From the NCBI GenBank assembly GCA_026706345.1, contig JAPOYX010000198.1, forward strand, positions 47,828 to 111,827: a DNA stretch of 64,000 bases. The letters run 5' to 3'. This document shows positions 21,743 to 31,534 of this stretch, piece by piece (position 1 is the stretch's first letter; the number at the start of each line of letters is the position of its first letter). The notes under the pieces were generated by a model. That model was not told the DNA's origin. It ran no database searches and saw nothing but the letters and a program-made list of their open reading frames with translations. The position numbers were made by a program, and so were the translations under genes. Source of the stretch: Gemmatimonadota bacterium. Lineage in GTDB: Bacteria; JAAXHH01.

Positions 21743-21787
21743 CGGCGGCCGGCGGACATCCCGGTCCCGCGTCACGCACGAAGCTCC

Positions 21788-22147
21788 ATGGAGGACGATA
21801 ACATGTCCGAGTGTCTGTTCTGCCGGATCACCGCCGGATCGCTGCCCACCGAATTCGTCTACGAAGACGAACACGTCGTGGCCTTCCGGGACATAAACCC
21901 CGCCGCACCGGTGCATATCCTCGTCGTGCCGCGCGCGCATATCGAAACCGTCGCCGCCCTGGGCGGCGACACGACCGGGGTCATGAGCCGGCTCACGGCG
22001 GCGGCGAACCGGATCGCCCGGGAGTCCGGCGTCCATACCGATGGGTACCGGTTGATCGTCAACTGCGGCCGGGACGGAGGCCAGACCATCTTCCATCTCC
22101 ACATGCACCTGCTCGGGGGACGTAAAATGCCCGAACTGGCCGCTTGA
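21788..22147 (+). CDS. HIT-family protein (histidine triad nucleotide-binding).
   Basis: CLFCRI is followed by the HxHxHxx triad HLHMHLLGG. The start may be the internal Met at 21803. Confidence 0.8.
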   Translation: MEDDNMSECLFCRITAGSLPTEFVYEDEHVVAFRDINPAAPVHILVVPRAHIETVAALGGDTTGVMSRLTAAANRIARESGVHTDGYRLIVNCGRDGGQTIFHLHMHLLGGRKMPELAA

Positions 22148-22301
22148 GCGGCGACGGACGGGACGAACGGCGCATATCGGGATCGGAGAAATTAACTCCT
22201 TGCTTTTTAAACCGGTCCATGGCATATTATGAAGGCTGAAACAGAGACGAAGAGTAAGACTTGGTTCACCCGATTCGAGTGGCATGAGAGGGGGTGTGAG
22301 G

Positions 22302-22499
22302 ATGCCAGGTATTCGTGTCAGGGAAGGAGAACCGTTCGAAAAGGCCCTGCGGCGTTTTACCAAGACTTGCGAAAAAGTCGGCATCATGTCTGAGATACGC
22401 AAGCATCAGCATTTTGAAAAGCCGAGCGCGAAACGCAAGCGCAAGCTGAACGCGGCGAAGCGGAAGAATCAGAAGCGGCTTCAGCAGGAAAGATACTGA
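22302..22499 (+). CDS. rpsU: 30S ribosomal protein S21.
   Basis: [28 protein letters not shown]...KRKRK is canonical S21. The coordinates give about 65 aa. The ORF-track entry 22284 is in the same frame upstream. Confidence 0.9.
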   Translation: MPGIRVREGEPFEKALRRFTKTCEKVGIMSEIRKHQHFEKPSAKRKRKLNAAKRKNQKRLQQERY

Positions 22500-22515
22500 T
22501 CCACCGGAGCGGGTC

Positions 22516-22980
22516 ATGACGCTCAAAGAGCGTTTGACGGATGATATGAAATCGGCACTCAGGAACCGGGAAACCGTCCGCCTCGGCCTGGTTCGCATGA
22601 TACGCGCGCAGATCAAGAACCGGGAAATCGCCCAAGGGAACGAACTGCGGGACGAGGAAGTGATCGAAGTGGTCTCCTCCCTGATCAAGTCCCGTAGAGA
22701 GGCCCTGGAGTTCGCCGTCAAGGGGGATCGGAAGGACCTGGTCGCCGAGGCCGAAGAAGAGTTGAAGATCCTTGCGTCCTATCTTCCGGATCAGCTGTCC
22801 GAAGAAGAGATCAGATCCGTGGTTCGGGAAGCCATCGATCAGTCCGGGGCCACGGGACCAAGAGACCTGGGCAAGGTGATGGGGGCGGTCATGCCTCGTG
22901 TCAAGGGCCGGGCAGACGGCAGGCTCGTCAACGACATCGTGCGGGCATGCCTGGCAACGCCGGCCATGCGGACCGGATGA
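22516..22980 (+). CDS. GatB/YqeY-domain protein.
   Basis: 154 aa. MTLKERLTDDMKSALRNRE and the GatB_Yqey-like C-terminus are present. It is located after rpsU, as is common. Confidence 0.8.
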   Translation: MTLKERLTDDMKSALRNRETVRLGLVRMIRAQIKNREIAQGNELRDEEVIEVVSSLIKSRREALEFAVKGDRKDLVAEAEEELKILASYLPDQLSEEEIRSVVREAIDQSGATGPRDLGKVMGAVMPRVKGRADGRLVNDIVRACLATPAMRTG

Positions 22981-23061
22981 TTCCGTTAAATTCGCGGGCA
23001 GCGACGGTCCTTTTACGAAGCCTCTCCGAAACCCCGGAGAGGCTTTCTGTGTTTTGATGCC

Positions 23062-23676
23062 ATGAACTGGATCGATATCGCCATCGTGATTCTCGTCCTT
23101 TACCAGATGGCAGCCGGCTATCGCAAGGGGTTCGCCGGCAGCCTGCTGGACCTGGCGGGAATCGTCGTGGCCGTGGTCATTTCACTGACCCAGTTCGGCC
23201 TGGTGTCCGACCTCCTCGGCCGCGTGACCGGCGTTTCCTCCGGCTGGCTGCACTGGCTCAGCCTGTTCGCCTGCCTCGGACTCGCGCTCGCGCTGACCAA
23301 CGCCGTAACCGGTGTGATCGGCCGGTGGTTACGGGGCGCTTCAAAGTCTCTCCTCGACCGCGTGACCGGCTTTCTGCTCGGGGGTGCGCGGGGATGCGTC
23401 ATCGCCAGCCTGCTGCTGATCCTGTACGTATTCATACCGTTCTCCGGTACGACCAGAGCGCACCTGGACGAATCGTCCCTTGCGCCGGAGACCCTGTCCA
23501 TCGTCCCGGCCATCATCGATTCCGTGATGGACCGGGTAGACCCCGGTTCCCCGCCTCTCATGGACGAACTGGAACGCTACCTCGGTTCCGCGCCGCGGAT
23601 CGGAATACTGGTCGATAGCGGCCGCCCGTGCGGATCGCCGGCCGAACATACCGCGCGCATGGACCGATCCGGGTAA
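23062..23676 (+). CDS. cvpA: CvpA-family membrane protein (colicin V production protein-like).
   Basis: MNWIDIAIVILVLYQMAAGYRKGF is typical of CvpA, with about four TM helices. Confidence 0.75.
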   Translation: MNWIDIAIVILVLYQMAAGYRKGFAGSLLDLAGIVVAVVISLTQFGLVSDLLGRVTGVSSGWLHWLSLFACLGLALALTNAVTGVIGRWLRGASKSLLDRVTGFLLGGARGCVIASLLLILYVFIPFSGTTRAHLDESSLAPETLSIVPAIIDSVMDRVDPGSPPLMDELERYLGSAPRIGILVDSGRPCGSPAEHTARMDRSG

Positions 23677-23699
23677 CTGGACGGGTAACAGGAACAAGC

Positions 23700-26159
23700 A
23701 TGAAACCCGGTATCCCTCCCCATACGCTGACCGTACTGGAATTCGATGCCGTGCGGACCATGGTATCGGAAAGGACGGTCTCCGCGTCGGGCGACCGCCG
23801 TGCCATGTCCCTGGAACCAGGCAACGACGTCGTCGTGATCCGGAAGAACCTGCAGACCGTCACCGAGATGCGCGGGTTCCTGGACCAGGCCGAAACCGTT
23901 CCCCTGCGGAGCATCAAGGACATCGGAGAATCCCTGGAAGAGGCGGGCGTAGCCGGCGCCAGGCTGGAACCCCAGGCGCTTCTTGACATAGCCGACACCC
24001 TCCGGGTAAGCCGCCTCATGCGGGCGTTCGGCCAACGGCTGCGCGACGGCTCCGCCGTCCCCCACGTCCGATCCCTTACCGCCGGCCTGGGAGATTTCCA
24101 GGAAATCGAAACATCCATCGGGCACGCGATCGACGCCGACGGGAACATACGCGACCAGGCCAGCCCCGCGTTACGCCGGACCCGCACGGACCAGCAGACC
24201 ACGAGGGAACGCGCGCGGAACTGGCTGCAGCGGTTCATTCAGTCCGAAACCGGAGCCCGGGCGCTGCAGGACCCGGTCATCACCATGCGGGACGGGCGAT
24301 ACGTGGTCCCCGTGCGGATGGATCATCGCGGCCAGGTGCAGGGCGTGGTCCACGACCAGTCCGCCAGCGGCGCCACGGTTTTCGTCGAACCCATGGGCGT
24401 CGTGGAGTTCAACAACCGGCTTCGCGAACTGGTCGTCGAGGAAGCCCACGAGATCGAACGCGTTCTGTTGACCCTGACGGACCAGGTGCACCGGCAGGTG
24501 GAGGCCATAGCCGTATCCTACGGGCTCCTGGGGCAACTCGACTTCTATCACGCCGCGGCCCTGTTGTCCCTCGACCTGCGGGCAACGCCGCCGCGGCTGA
24601 ATACCGATGGGCGCATCGTCCTGCGCAACGCCCGGCACCCCATCCTGCAGCTGTCGGACCAGTGCGAAGCCGTCGTTCCGCTGGACCTTGAAGTCGGCGA
24701 AAACGCGAAAACGCTCGTGATTACCGGTCCCAACATGGGCGGCAAGACCGTCGCCCTGAAATCGGTCGGAATCATGACCGTGATGGCACAGGCCGGCTTG
24801 CACATACCGGCGGACGACGACACCGAAATCGCCGTGTTCGATGCCATCTTCGCGGATATCGGGGACGAGCAATCGATCGAGGCGAATCTGAGCACCTTCT
24901 CGGCCCACCTTGGACATATACGAACCATACTGGACGAGGCCGATGAACGCACCCTGGTGCTCCTCGACGAGTTGGGCGCCGGCACGGACCCTTCGGCGGG
25001 CTCGGCCATGGGCATGGCCATCCTGGAGTCGCTTACCCTGCGGGGAACCGTCACGGCGGCCACGACCCATTTCGACGCGCTCAAGGCCTTCGCCTCGCGA
25101 ACCGAGAGGGTCGAAAACGGTTCGATGGTCTTCAACGTGGAAACCCTCACACCCTCCTTCCAGTTCAGGCAGGGGATCCCGGGCGCCAGCTACGCCATCG
25201 AGATCGGGAGCCGGCTCGGCATGCCCGAAGACGTCCTCGAGCGGACTTCCGGGTTCATGGGCACCGCCGAACGGCGCCTCGACGAAGTCATCATGGAGGT
25301 GGACCGGAAGCACGAACTGCTCGTCGACGCGCAGGAACAGGCCGAAAAACTCCGCGATGAGCTGAACGCCCTGAAGCTACACTACGAAAGTCAGATCGCC
25401 GCCTACAGGCAGAAAGAACGCGAAGTGATCGCTTCCGTCCGCGAAAAGACGGACCGGCTGCTGAAAGAGGCCCGGGACGCCGTCGACCAGGCGGTGGCCG
25501 ACGTCCGCCGGGAACAGGCCGCGTCCAGGGTCGTGGAGAAGGCCCGCGATACGATCAGGGACCAGCGCGCGCTGCTTCAAAGCATGCTCGATTCCGTGGA
25601 TGCGGACACGCCCCCTGCCGGCCCCGGCGATCCGGTCGCCGGCTCGGGCGGACCGCCTGCCGAACCCGATGCTTCGGTCACCGGCCAGGGAACGCCCGGG
25701 CAGTCCGTTTCGGTCGGCGACGAGGTCTGGGTGGGATCGCTTCGGCAGGCGGGCACGGTGCTCCAGGACCAGGGAGACCGCCTGCGCATCCGGACCGGCA
25801 GGATGGAGATCACGGCGCGGCGGGCCGAGGTCAGCCTTCATAAACCGGATTCGGAAAAGTCAGGCGGAACTTCGGCGAATCCCGTCAAAGTACGGGTGGA
25901 CCGGCCCCGCGTTGCCCTTTCGGAACTGGACGTGCGGGGTTTTCGCGCGAGGGAGGCCATCGACGCCGTCGACCGCTACATCGACCAGACCGCCCTTGAT
26001 GACCTCAACGAAATCCGTATACTGCATGGTAAGGGCACGGGCGCGCTGAGCAGCGCAATCCAGGAGTTTCTGCAGACCCACCCCCTGGTCAAATCCTCCC
26101 ATTTCGCCGAACAGCGGGACGGGGGCACCGGGGTGACCATCGTGCAGATGAAAGCGTAA
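23700..26159 (+). CDS. mutS2: Endonuclease MutS2.
   Basis: MutS domain III/IV, Walker A GPNMGGKTV, and the C-terminal Smr domain RILHGKGTGALSSAIQEFL. Start chosen at MKPGIPPHTL. Confidence 0.9.
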   Translation: MKPGIPPHTLTVLEFDAVRTMVSERTVSASGDRRAMSLEPGNDVVVIRKNLQTVTEMRGFLDQAETVPLRSIKDIGESLEEAGVAGARLEPQALLDIADTLRVSRLMRAFGQRLRDGSAVPHVRSLTAGLGDFQEIETSIGHAIDADGNIRDQASPALRRTRTDQQTTRERARNWLQRFIQSETGARALQDPVITMRDGRYVVPVRMDHRGQVQGVVHDQSASGATVFVEPMGVVEFNNRLRELVVEEAHEIERVLLTLTDQVHRQVEAIAVSYGLLGQLDFYHAAALLSLDLRATPPRLNTDGRIVLRNARHPILQLSDQCEAVVPLDLEVGENAKTLVITGPNMGGKTVALKSVGIMTVMAQAGLHIPADDDTEIAVFDAIFADIGDEQSIEANLSTFSAHLGHIRTILDEADERTLVLLDELGAGTDPSAGSAMGMAILESLTLRGTVTAATTHFDALKAFASRTERVENGSMVFNVETLTPSFQFRQGIPGASYAIEIGSRLGMPEDVLERTSGFMGTAERRLDEVIMEVDRKHELLVDAQEQAEKLRDELNALKLHYESQIAAYRQKEREVIASVREKTDRLLKEARDAVDQAVADVRREQAASRVVEKARDTIRDQRALLQSMLDSVDADTPPAGPGDPVAGSGGPPAEPDASVTGQGTPGQSVSVGDEVWVGSLRQAGTVLQDQGDRLRIRTGRMEITARRAEVSLHKPDSEKSGGTSANPVKVRVDRPRVALSELDVRGFRAREAIDAVDRYIDQTALDDLNEIRILHGKGTGALSSAIQEFLQTHPLVKSSHFAEQRDGGTGVTIVQMKA

Positions 26160-26279
26160 GCGCGGTCCTGGTAGCGGCACCGCGGCGACACGGAGGCGGC
26201 GGGCCGGTAAAGAGTCGGATCGCGGCAAGACGAATCCCCATACGCATTCAAGTCTCGCGTTTCATCAGGAGGAGCAATC

Positions 26280-26861
26280 ATGGCCTTTACGCTGCAGTTG
26301 GGCGAAGCGGCGCCGGGGTTCTCCCTTCCGGCGACGGACGGAAGGACGTACGGCCTGGAGGATTTCGCCGGCGCGGAAACTCTGGTGGTGTTCTTCACCT
26401 GCAATCACTGCCCCTACGTGACGGGATCCGACGAAGTCACGCGCGGGACCGTGGAAAAGTACGCTTCCAGGGGGGTCCGTTTCGTCGGGATCAACTCCAA
26501 CAGCGAGGTTACCCATCCCGACGACGACTTCGATCACATGGTCAGCCGCATGAATGTCCATCGTTTTCCCTGGGTCTACCTGCGCGACCTGTCCCAGGAT
26601 ACCGCGCGGGCCTACGGCGCCCTCAGAACGCCCCACTTCTATATCTTCGACCGGAACCGCAACCTGGTCTATACCGGCCGCGGAGTCGACAGTCCCAGGG
26701 ACGCGGACGGGATTACGGAAAACGACCTGGAAGCGGCCCTCGACGATATCACGGCGGGCAGGCCGGTACGCACGCCGCTTACCAACCCCATCGGCTGCAA
26801 CGTGAAATGGGAGAACCGGGACGCGCACTGGATGCCGCCCGAAGCCTGCGACCTGGTGTGA
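26280..26861 (+). CDS. Thioredoxin-fold thiol-disulfide oxidoreductase, AhpC/TSA-like.
   Basis: CxxC active site [10 protein letters not shown], 193 aa, with an AGGAGG RBS. Confidence 0.7.
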   Translation: MAFTLQLGEAAPGFSLPATDGRTYGLEDFAGAETLVVFFTCNHCPYVTGSDEVTRGTVEKYASRGVRFVGINSNSEVTHPDDDFDHMVSRMNVHRFPWVYLRDLSQDTARAYGALRTPHFYIFDRNRNLVYTGRGVDSPRDADGITENDLEAALDDITAGRPVRTPLTNPIGCNVKWENRDAHWMPPEACDLV

Positions 26862-26912
26862 GGTTCATGAAAGCACCGGCTGAAGCCGGCCGGCATACAT
26901 GGGGAGAGAGCC

Positions 26913-28682
26913 TTGGCGCGCATACCGGACGACCTCATCGATTCGATCCGGTCGCAGGCGGACATCGTGGACGTTGTGTCCGACTACGTCACGCTGCGGA
27001 AATCGGGTAGAAACTACCTGGGACTCTGTCCTTTTCACGACGAAAAGACGGCTTCATTCAGCGTGAACCCGGAACGCCAGATCTTCCATTGTTTCGGGTG
27101 CGGCAAGGGCGGCAACGTATTCACCTTTCTCATGGAGCACGAGAACGTTTCCTTCGTGGAAGCGGTCCGCCACATCGCCGGGCGCCTCAATATCTCCATA
27201 CCGGATACGTACCGGGAACGCGAAGCCTCCAGCGAGGCGGAAAGCCTCGCGCGGGTTACCCGGTTTGCCGCCCGGTTCTTCCACGAGCGCCTGATGAACA
27301 GCGGCCAGAGTTCGATCGTACGGCGCTATACCGAGAAACGGGGGCTGTCGGACGAGACGATCAAGTCCTTCGGGCTCGGCTACGCGCCCGATTCCTGGAA
27401 CGACCTGCTGAACGCGGCGCGGAAGCAGGACATCGACGCGCCCTGGCTGGTCAAGGCCGGACTGGCCAAGACCGGCGAACAGCGGACCTACGATGCCTTC
27501 CGGAAGCGGCTCGTCTTTCCCATACAGGCGCCGGGAGGCCGCGTGGTCGGGTTTGGCGGGAGAGCCCTTTCCGACGAGGATCAACCCAAGTACCTCAATT
27601 CACCGGAGTCCCCCATTTACCGCAAGAGCCAGGTGCTCTACGGACTGTACCAGGCCCGGGAGGCATTGAGGCAGCAAGGACGGGTACTCGTCGTGGAAGG
27701 ATACATGGATCTGCTCGGCCTGCATCAGCACGGCGTCCGCGGGGTAGTCGCCCTGTGCGGAACGGCGTTGACGCGGGATCAGGCCCGGCTCGTGGCGCGG
27801 TACGGACAGCAGGCGTTCCTGGTCTACGATTCGGACCAGGCCGGGGTGAGGGCGACCTGGCGCGCGATCGAACCCCTGGTGGAAGCCGGGCTCTGGACCC
27901 GTATCGTGCGGTTGCCGGAGGGATACGATCCCGACTCGTACGTGGCAGAACACGGCCCGGACGGATTCCTGAAGCGCGTCGAACAGGCCGATTCCATTGC
28001 CGATTTCATGGGATTCCACGCCAACCTCCAGGAATCCGGCGACCGGGAAGAGGTATTTCGAACGCTGGCCGACCTGATCCGGAAGACGACGAACCTGGTC
28101 CACCGGGAGCGGTACCGGGAAGAAGCCGAACACCGGTTTCCGGCGCTGCAGGGCCTGCTGGCCTCGGAACTTCGGAGCCCGGGTGCCGTCCGGCGCGACC
28201 GCCGGTCCACTCAGGCCGAGAGCGAACAGGTTCGCGACGAAGCGCCGGTGGAACGGGGCCTGGTCCAGCTCATGCTCAACGACCGGGCCATTGCCGAACT
28301 CGTCGAGAGGCAACTGGAGCCACAGGATTTCAATAGTCCCCTGTACCGCGGGATCGTCGAACACTGTTTCGCGAAACTGGGCGATGAGGGGACCTATGAC
28401 CTCTCCGGCCTGGTCGATACCATCGACAACGACGAGACCCGCCGGGTCATCACGGAACTGATCAATACGGTCGACTCGGGTGTTCACCTGGAACAAAGAG
28501 CCCGGGACCACATCATACGCATCAAGCAGAAACGGCTCAAGGAAAGCATGACCCGCCTCATGGAACAGATCAAGCAGATGGAAAAAGATGGGCGAAGCAG
28601 CGAATTGACCGAAGCCATGGCCACCTACATGGAACTCAAGCACCAGGAAAAAGTCCTGCTGCAGACGGCCCGCGGAGATTGA
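26913..28682 (+). CDS. dnaG: DNA primase.
   Basis: Zinc finger CPFHDEKTASFSVNPERQIFHCFGCGKGGN, TOPRIM domain (EGYMDLL), and a C-terminal helicase-interaction domain. Length is 589 aa. Confidence 0.9.
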   Translation: MARIPDDLIDSIRSQADIVDVVSDYVTLRKSGRNYLGLCPFHDEKTASFSVNPERQIFHCFGCGKGGNVFTFLMEHENVSFVEAVRHIAGRLNISIPDTYREREASSEAESLARVTRFAARFFHERLMNSGQSSIVRRYTEKRGLSDETIKSFGLGYAPDSWNDLLNAARKQDIDAPWLVKAGLAKTGEQRTYDAFRKRLVFPIQAPGGRVVGFGGRALSDEDQPKYLNSPESPIYRKSQVLYGLYQAREALRQQGRVLVVEGYMDLLGLHQHGVRGVVALCGTALTRDQARLVARYGQQAFLVYDSDQAGVRATWRAIEPLVEAGLWTRIVRLPEGYDPDSYVAEHGPDGFLKRVEQADSIADFMGFHANLQESGDREEVFRTLADLIRKTTNLVHRERYREEAEHRFPALQGLLASELRSPGAVRRDRRSTQAESEQVRDEAPVERGLVQLMLNDRAIAELVERQLEPQDFNSPLYRGIVEHCFAKLGDEGTYDLSGLVDTIDNDETRRVITELINTVDSGVHLEQRARDHIIRIKQKRLKESMTRLMEQIKQMEKDGRSSELTEAMATYMELKHQEKVLLQTARGD

Positions 28683-28700
28683 GCGACCCCTATCTTTTGC

Positions 28701-28729
28701 TTGACGATGACCCGCCGTCCATCTATATT
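28701..28729 (+). promoter_or_regulatory. Putative promoter for the tRNA pair: TTGACG, 17 bp spacer, TATATT.
   Basis: TTGACG at 28701-28706 is followed by a 17-bp spacer and TATATT at 28724-28729. It lies about 40 bp upstream of the first tRNA. Confidence 0.45.
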
Positions 28730-28768
28730 TGTCCAGGCTGTCGGGTATGCTGACTGGGCGGTCATCAT

Positions 28769-28842
28769 GGGCCTGTAGCTCAGTTGGTTAGAGCATCCGA
28801 CTCATAATCGGACGGTCCCAGGTTCGAGTCCTGGCGGGCCCA
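28769..28842 (+). tRNA. tRNA with CAT anticodon. It is elongator Met or lysidine-modified Ile2.
   Basis: Cloverleaf with the acceptor GGGCCTG/CGGGCCC (one U-G pair), the D-arm TAGCTCAGTTGGTTAGAGC, the anticodon stem-loop TCCGA-CTCATAA-TCGGA, and the T-arm CCAGGTTCGAGTCCTGG. Confidence 0.85.
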
Positions 28843-28848
28843 TATGCC

Positions 28849-28922
28849 GGGCGCTTAGCTCAGCCGGTTAGAGTGCCACGCTCACATCGTGGAGGTCAGT
28901 GGTTCGAGTCCACTAGCGCCCA
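28849..28922 (+). tRNA. tRNA-Val with anticodon CAC.
   Basis: The acceptor is GGGCGCT/AGCGCCC. The anticodon stem-loop is CCACG-CTCACAT-CGTGG. The T-arm is GGTTCGAGTCC. The gene lies 6 bp after the previous tRNA. Confidence 0.85.
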
Positions 28923-28991
28923 TTTCTGCATTGGTTCAACCGAAAAGGCGGGGGCTTTCCAGAAGTCTCCGTTTTTTTGATACGGTTCTGA

Positions 28992-29819
28992 ATGTATCGT
29001 CTCATCGCCCTGGACATCGACGGCACGTTGCTCGACGGCAGCAGAGAAATGTCCGATGCCACGGTCGACGCCGTACATTACGCGATCGAGAGCGGCGTTC
29101 AAGTCACCGTGTGTACCGGGCGGAGCCTACCGTCCGCCGCGGACGCCGTGCGGCATCTGCCTTTGAACGCGCCGTACGTGCTGAACAACGGCGCCATGAT
29201 TTACGATGTACCCAATCATCGTGCCAGGTATTTGCGACACCTCCCGAGTCATGTCGCGTTGGATGCCGTGAGGGTGTTTCGCAGCATCGGGTTTCATCCC
29301 ATTGTCTACGGTCCCCTGCCCGAAGTGGGCTACTTCTACTATGACTCCTTCGATCCGGACAACCAGTCCTTTGTCGACTACGCCGAGCAGAACGCCGACC
29401 GCGTTCACCGGGTGGACGACGTCTGCGATTTTCTCCGGCAGGACATTACCTGTATCACGGTCGCCGAGCGCAACGAACGGGTCAGGTCCCGGGAGTCACA
29501 CATAAGGGGGCAGCTGCCGGACGCGCAGGTGGTCTTCGAGATCAGTCCATGGGACCGCAGGTACAGTGTCATCACGGTAATGCCTTCCGGCGTTACCAAG
29601 GGCGAAGGGCTGCGCAGGCTGGCCCTGTTGCTCGGGATCGGCCTTTCCGAGGTCATGGCCGTGGGAGACAACCTGAACGACCTGGAGATGCTCGACGTCG
29701 CGGGCCTGGGGGTGGCCATGGGGAATGGAACACCCGAAATACGCGCCCGGGCGGATTATGTCACGGCTACGGTGGACGACGAAGGCGTCGCCCGGGCCAT
29801 CGAACGATTCATACTCTGA
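28992..29819 (+). CDS. Cof-type HAD-IIB hydrolase (sugar-phosphate phosphatase family).
   Basis: Motif I is ALDIDGTLL. The cap region follows, then motif IV MAVGDNLNDLEML. Length is 275 aa. Confidence 0.8.
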   Translation: MYRLIALDIDGTLLDGSREMSDATVDAVHYAIESGVQVTVCTGRSLPSAADAVRHLPLNAPYVLNNGAMIYDVPNHRARYLRHLPSHVALDAVRVFRSIGFHPIVYGPLPEVGYFYYDSFDPDNQSFVDYAEQNADRVHRVDDVCDFLRQDITCITVAERNERVRSRESHIRGQLPDAQVVFEISPWDRRYSVITVMPSGVTKGEGLRRLALLLGIGLSEVMAVGDNLNDLEMLDVAGLGVAMGNGTPEIRARADYVTATVDDEGVARAIERFIL

Positions 29820-29837
29820 TCTGCAACGGCCGCTGCC

Positions 29838-30668
29838 ATGTCCTACGACCTCATCGCGATCGACATCGACGGCACCCTGCTGACGTCCCGCCGCGAGATC
29901 TCTCCCGGGACGCTCCAGGCGCTTCGAAGGGCCGCCGAGGCCGGGAAACACGTGGCTCTTTGCACCGGCAGAAGCCTGAACTCCGGCCGGGCAGCCGCGG
30001 AGCAGGTGCCGCCTTCCACGACGCTGATCTTCCACAGCGGCGCCCTCATACTCGAGTCCCTCGACGGCCCGCTGCTCAGGGCAGTCAACATGCCCCGGTC
30101 CCTGGCGATCGACCTGGTCGATTTCATCAAGCGGCGGGGACACGATCCCCTCGTCTACGAACCGGTGCCGGAAAGCCGGTATATCTGGTTTGAGCGTCCC
30201 CGTTCGGCCAATGGCTGGCGGGAACGCTACCTGGAGGCCAACGCGGACAAGGCCTTTCAGGTGGAAGGTCTGGACCAGGTGCTGGACCGGGACCCGGCGC
30301 AGATCGCCGTCGCCGGAAAAGGTTCGTCCATGCGTGACCTGGAGGCGGAGCTGACGGGATACGGGAACCGGATCGGCACCATCATGTCGCGCAGCACTTT
30401 GGTGGACGACTACTGGTGCATGGAAATCGTACCGGCCGGCGTGTCGAAGGCGAAGGCCCTTGCTTTCCTCGGTGACCGGTACGGAATCGCGCCGGAGCGC
30501 ATGATCAGTATCGGTGACAACTTCAACGACCTGGACATGATCGAATACGCCGGACTCGGCGTCGCCATGGGGAACGCGCCGGACCCGGTGCGGCGCGCGG
30601 CGGACCTGGTCGCGCCGACCAACGACGCGGACGGCGTCGCCCACGTCATCGACACCTGTCTCCTGTGA
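29838..30668 (+). CDS. Cof-type HAD-IIB hydrolase and tandem paralog of the upstream gene.
   Basis: AIDIDGTLL, ISIGDNFNDLDMI. Its length is co-linear with the upstream HAD. It starts 19 bp after the first HAD stop. Confidence 0.8.
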   Translation: MSYDLIAIDIDGTLLTSRREISPGTLQALRRAAEAGKHVALCTGRSLNSGRAAAEQVPPSTTLIFHSGALILESLDGPLLRAVNMPRSLAIDLVDFIKRRGHDPLVYEPVPESRYIWFERPRSANGWRERYLEANADKAFQVEGLDQVLDRDPAQIAVAGKGSSMRDLEAELTGYGNRIGTIMSRSTLVDDYWCMEIVPAGVSKAKALAFLGDRYGIAPERMISIGDNFNDLDMIEYAGLGVAMGNAPDPVRRAADLVAPTNDADGVAHVIDTCLL

Positions 30669-30673
30669 ACCCG

Positions 30674-30720
30674 TCCCTCCCCGTGGAGCCAGGGAGGGAG
30701 AATCCCTTTGATTTTTAAAG
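30674..30720 (+). terminator. Possible intrinsic terminator after the HAD pair.
   Basis: An 8-bp GC stem TCCCTCCC/GGGAGGGA with a 10-nt loop is followed, after 7 nt, by TTTGATTTTT. Confidence 0.35.
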
Positions 30721-30832
30721 AATCTCCCCCTATCTTCCTGTATAATCCCGTTGGCGGGTTCGACGAGATACGGCGAACGATTGGCCTGGACTGAAACAGC
30801 GTGCCCTGACCGGGGAACAAGGAGACTTTCAA

Positions 30833-31507
30833 ATGATTCGCATGGCTTTGACTTCCATGGCGCTTTCCGCGTTATTGCTGCTGACCGGAACCACCGCGCC
30901 CCTGCATGCCCAGCATGACGACCCGAACATGGAATGGGTGATGGACGGCCCCTTGTATGACCGGCTGGGCGGCGAAGAGATGATTATGGGCGTGATCGAT
31001 GACTTCGTTGCCTCGACCGTGGAAGAGGAAACGTTGAAAAGCCACCTCGAAGGAGTCGACCAGGAAGCCTGGAAGGCGGCCCTGTTGGCGCAGTTCACGG
31101 TTGTCTCCGGCGGTGAAATCGAGTACGACGGCAAGAGCTTCAAGGAAAGCCTGGGAGAAATGGGCATCGAGGAAGAGGCCATGGACCTCGTTGCCGAGCA
31201 GTTGACCATCGCGCTGGAGATGAACGAAGCGTGGCCGGAGGACGTGGATGAGCTGCTGGTGGCCCTGGAATTGAAAGAAGCCGAGATGGCGGACGAAGAG
31301 ATGGCGGAAGAGGAGATGGATTCGGACGGCGTAAGCGGGCACGGGGAGCCGGAAGAGGGAACCGGCAACGACAGTGACGGAGAGAACGCGAACGCCGAAA
31401 TGGATACCGACGCCGAAATGGATACCGACGCCGAAATGAACGCGAACGCCGGAATGGATACCGACGCCGAAATGAACGCGGATGCGGAAGACGCCCCGCG
31501 CAAGTAG
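30833..31507 (+). CDS. Secreted protein with a truncated-haemoglobin-like N-domain and an acidic tandem-repeat C-terminal tail.
   Basis: Signal peptide MIRMALTSMALSALLLLTGTTAPLHA. PLYDRLGGEEMIMGVIDDFVASTV resembles the trHb pre-A/B helices (xIYDKIGG...EDFY), but the B10 Tyr and proximal His positions are not conserved. The C-terminal 70 aa are Asp/Glu-rich, with DTDAEM x4 and NANAEM. Confidence 0.5.
   Translation: MIRMALTSMALSALLLLTGTTAPLHAQHDDPNMEWVMDGPLYDRLGGEEMIMGVIDDFVASTVEEETLKSHLEGVDQEAWKAALLAQFTVVSGGEIEYDGKSFKESLGEMGIEEEAMDLVAEQLTIALEMNEAWPEDVDELLVALELKEAEMADEEMAEEEMDSDGVSGHGEPEEGTGNDSDGENANAEMDTDAEMDTDAEMNANAGMDTDAEMNADAEDAPRK
31386..31490 (+). repeat. In-frame 18-bp tandem repeat (GATACCGACGCCGAAATG = DTDAEM) with interspersed AACGCGAACGCC units.
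   Basis: ggataccgacgccgaaatg occurs three times exactly, with an additional degenerate copy. It lies inside the 30833..31507 ORF. Confidence 0.7.
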
Positions 31508-31534
31508 CCGGGCAAGTCTCTCCTATGGGATCTT

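Noticed and set aside
28769-28992. Checked both tRNA loci (28769-28922 and 13946-14027) for integrated islands
   Set aside because: No integrase or recombinase gene and no tRNA 3'-end direct repeat lies downstream. The flanking genes are housekeeping or HAD genes.
31386-31490. Tandem 18-bp repeats considered as a possible CRISPR or mini-array
   Set aside because: The repeats are contiguous with no spacers, in-frame inside a coding sequence, and there are no cas genes. This is a coding tandem repeat.
30833-31507. Calling the 224-aa secreted protein a functional truncated haemoglobin
   Set aside because: The B10 Tyr and F8 His positions are not conserved by my alignment, so I only claim a globin-like fold.
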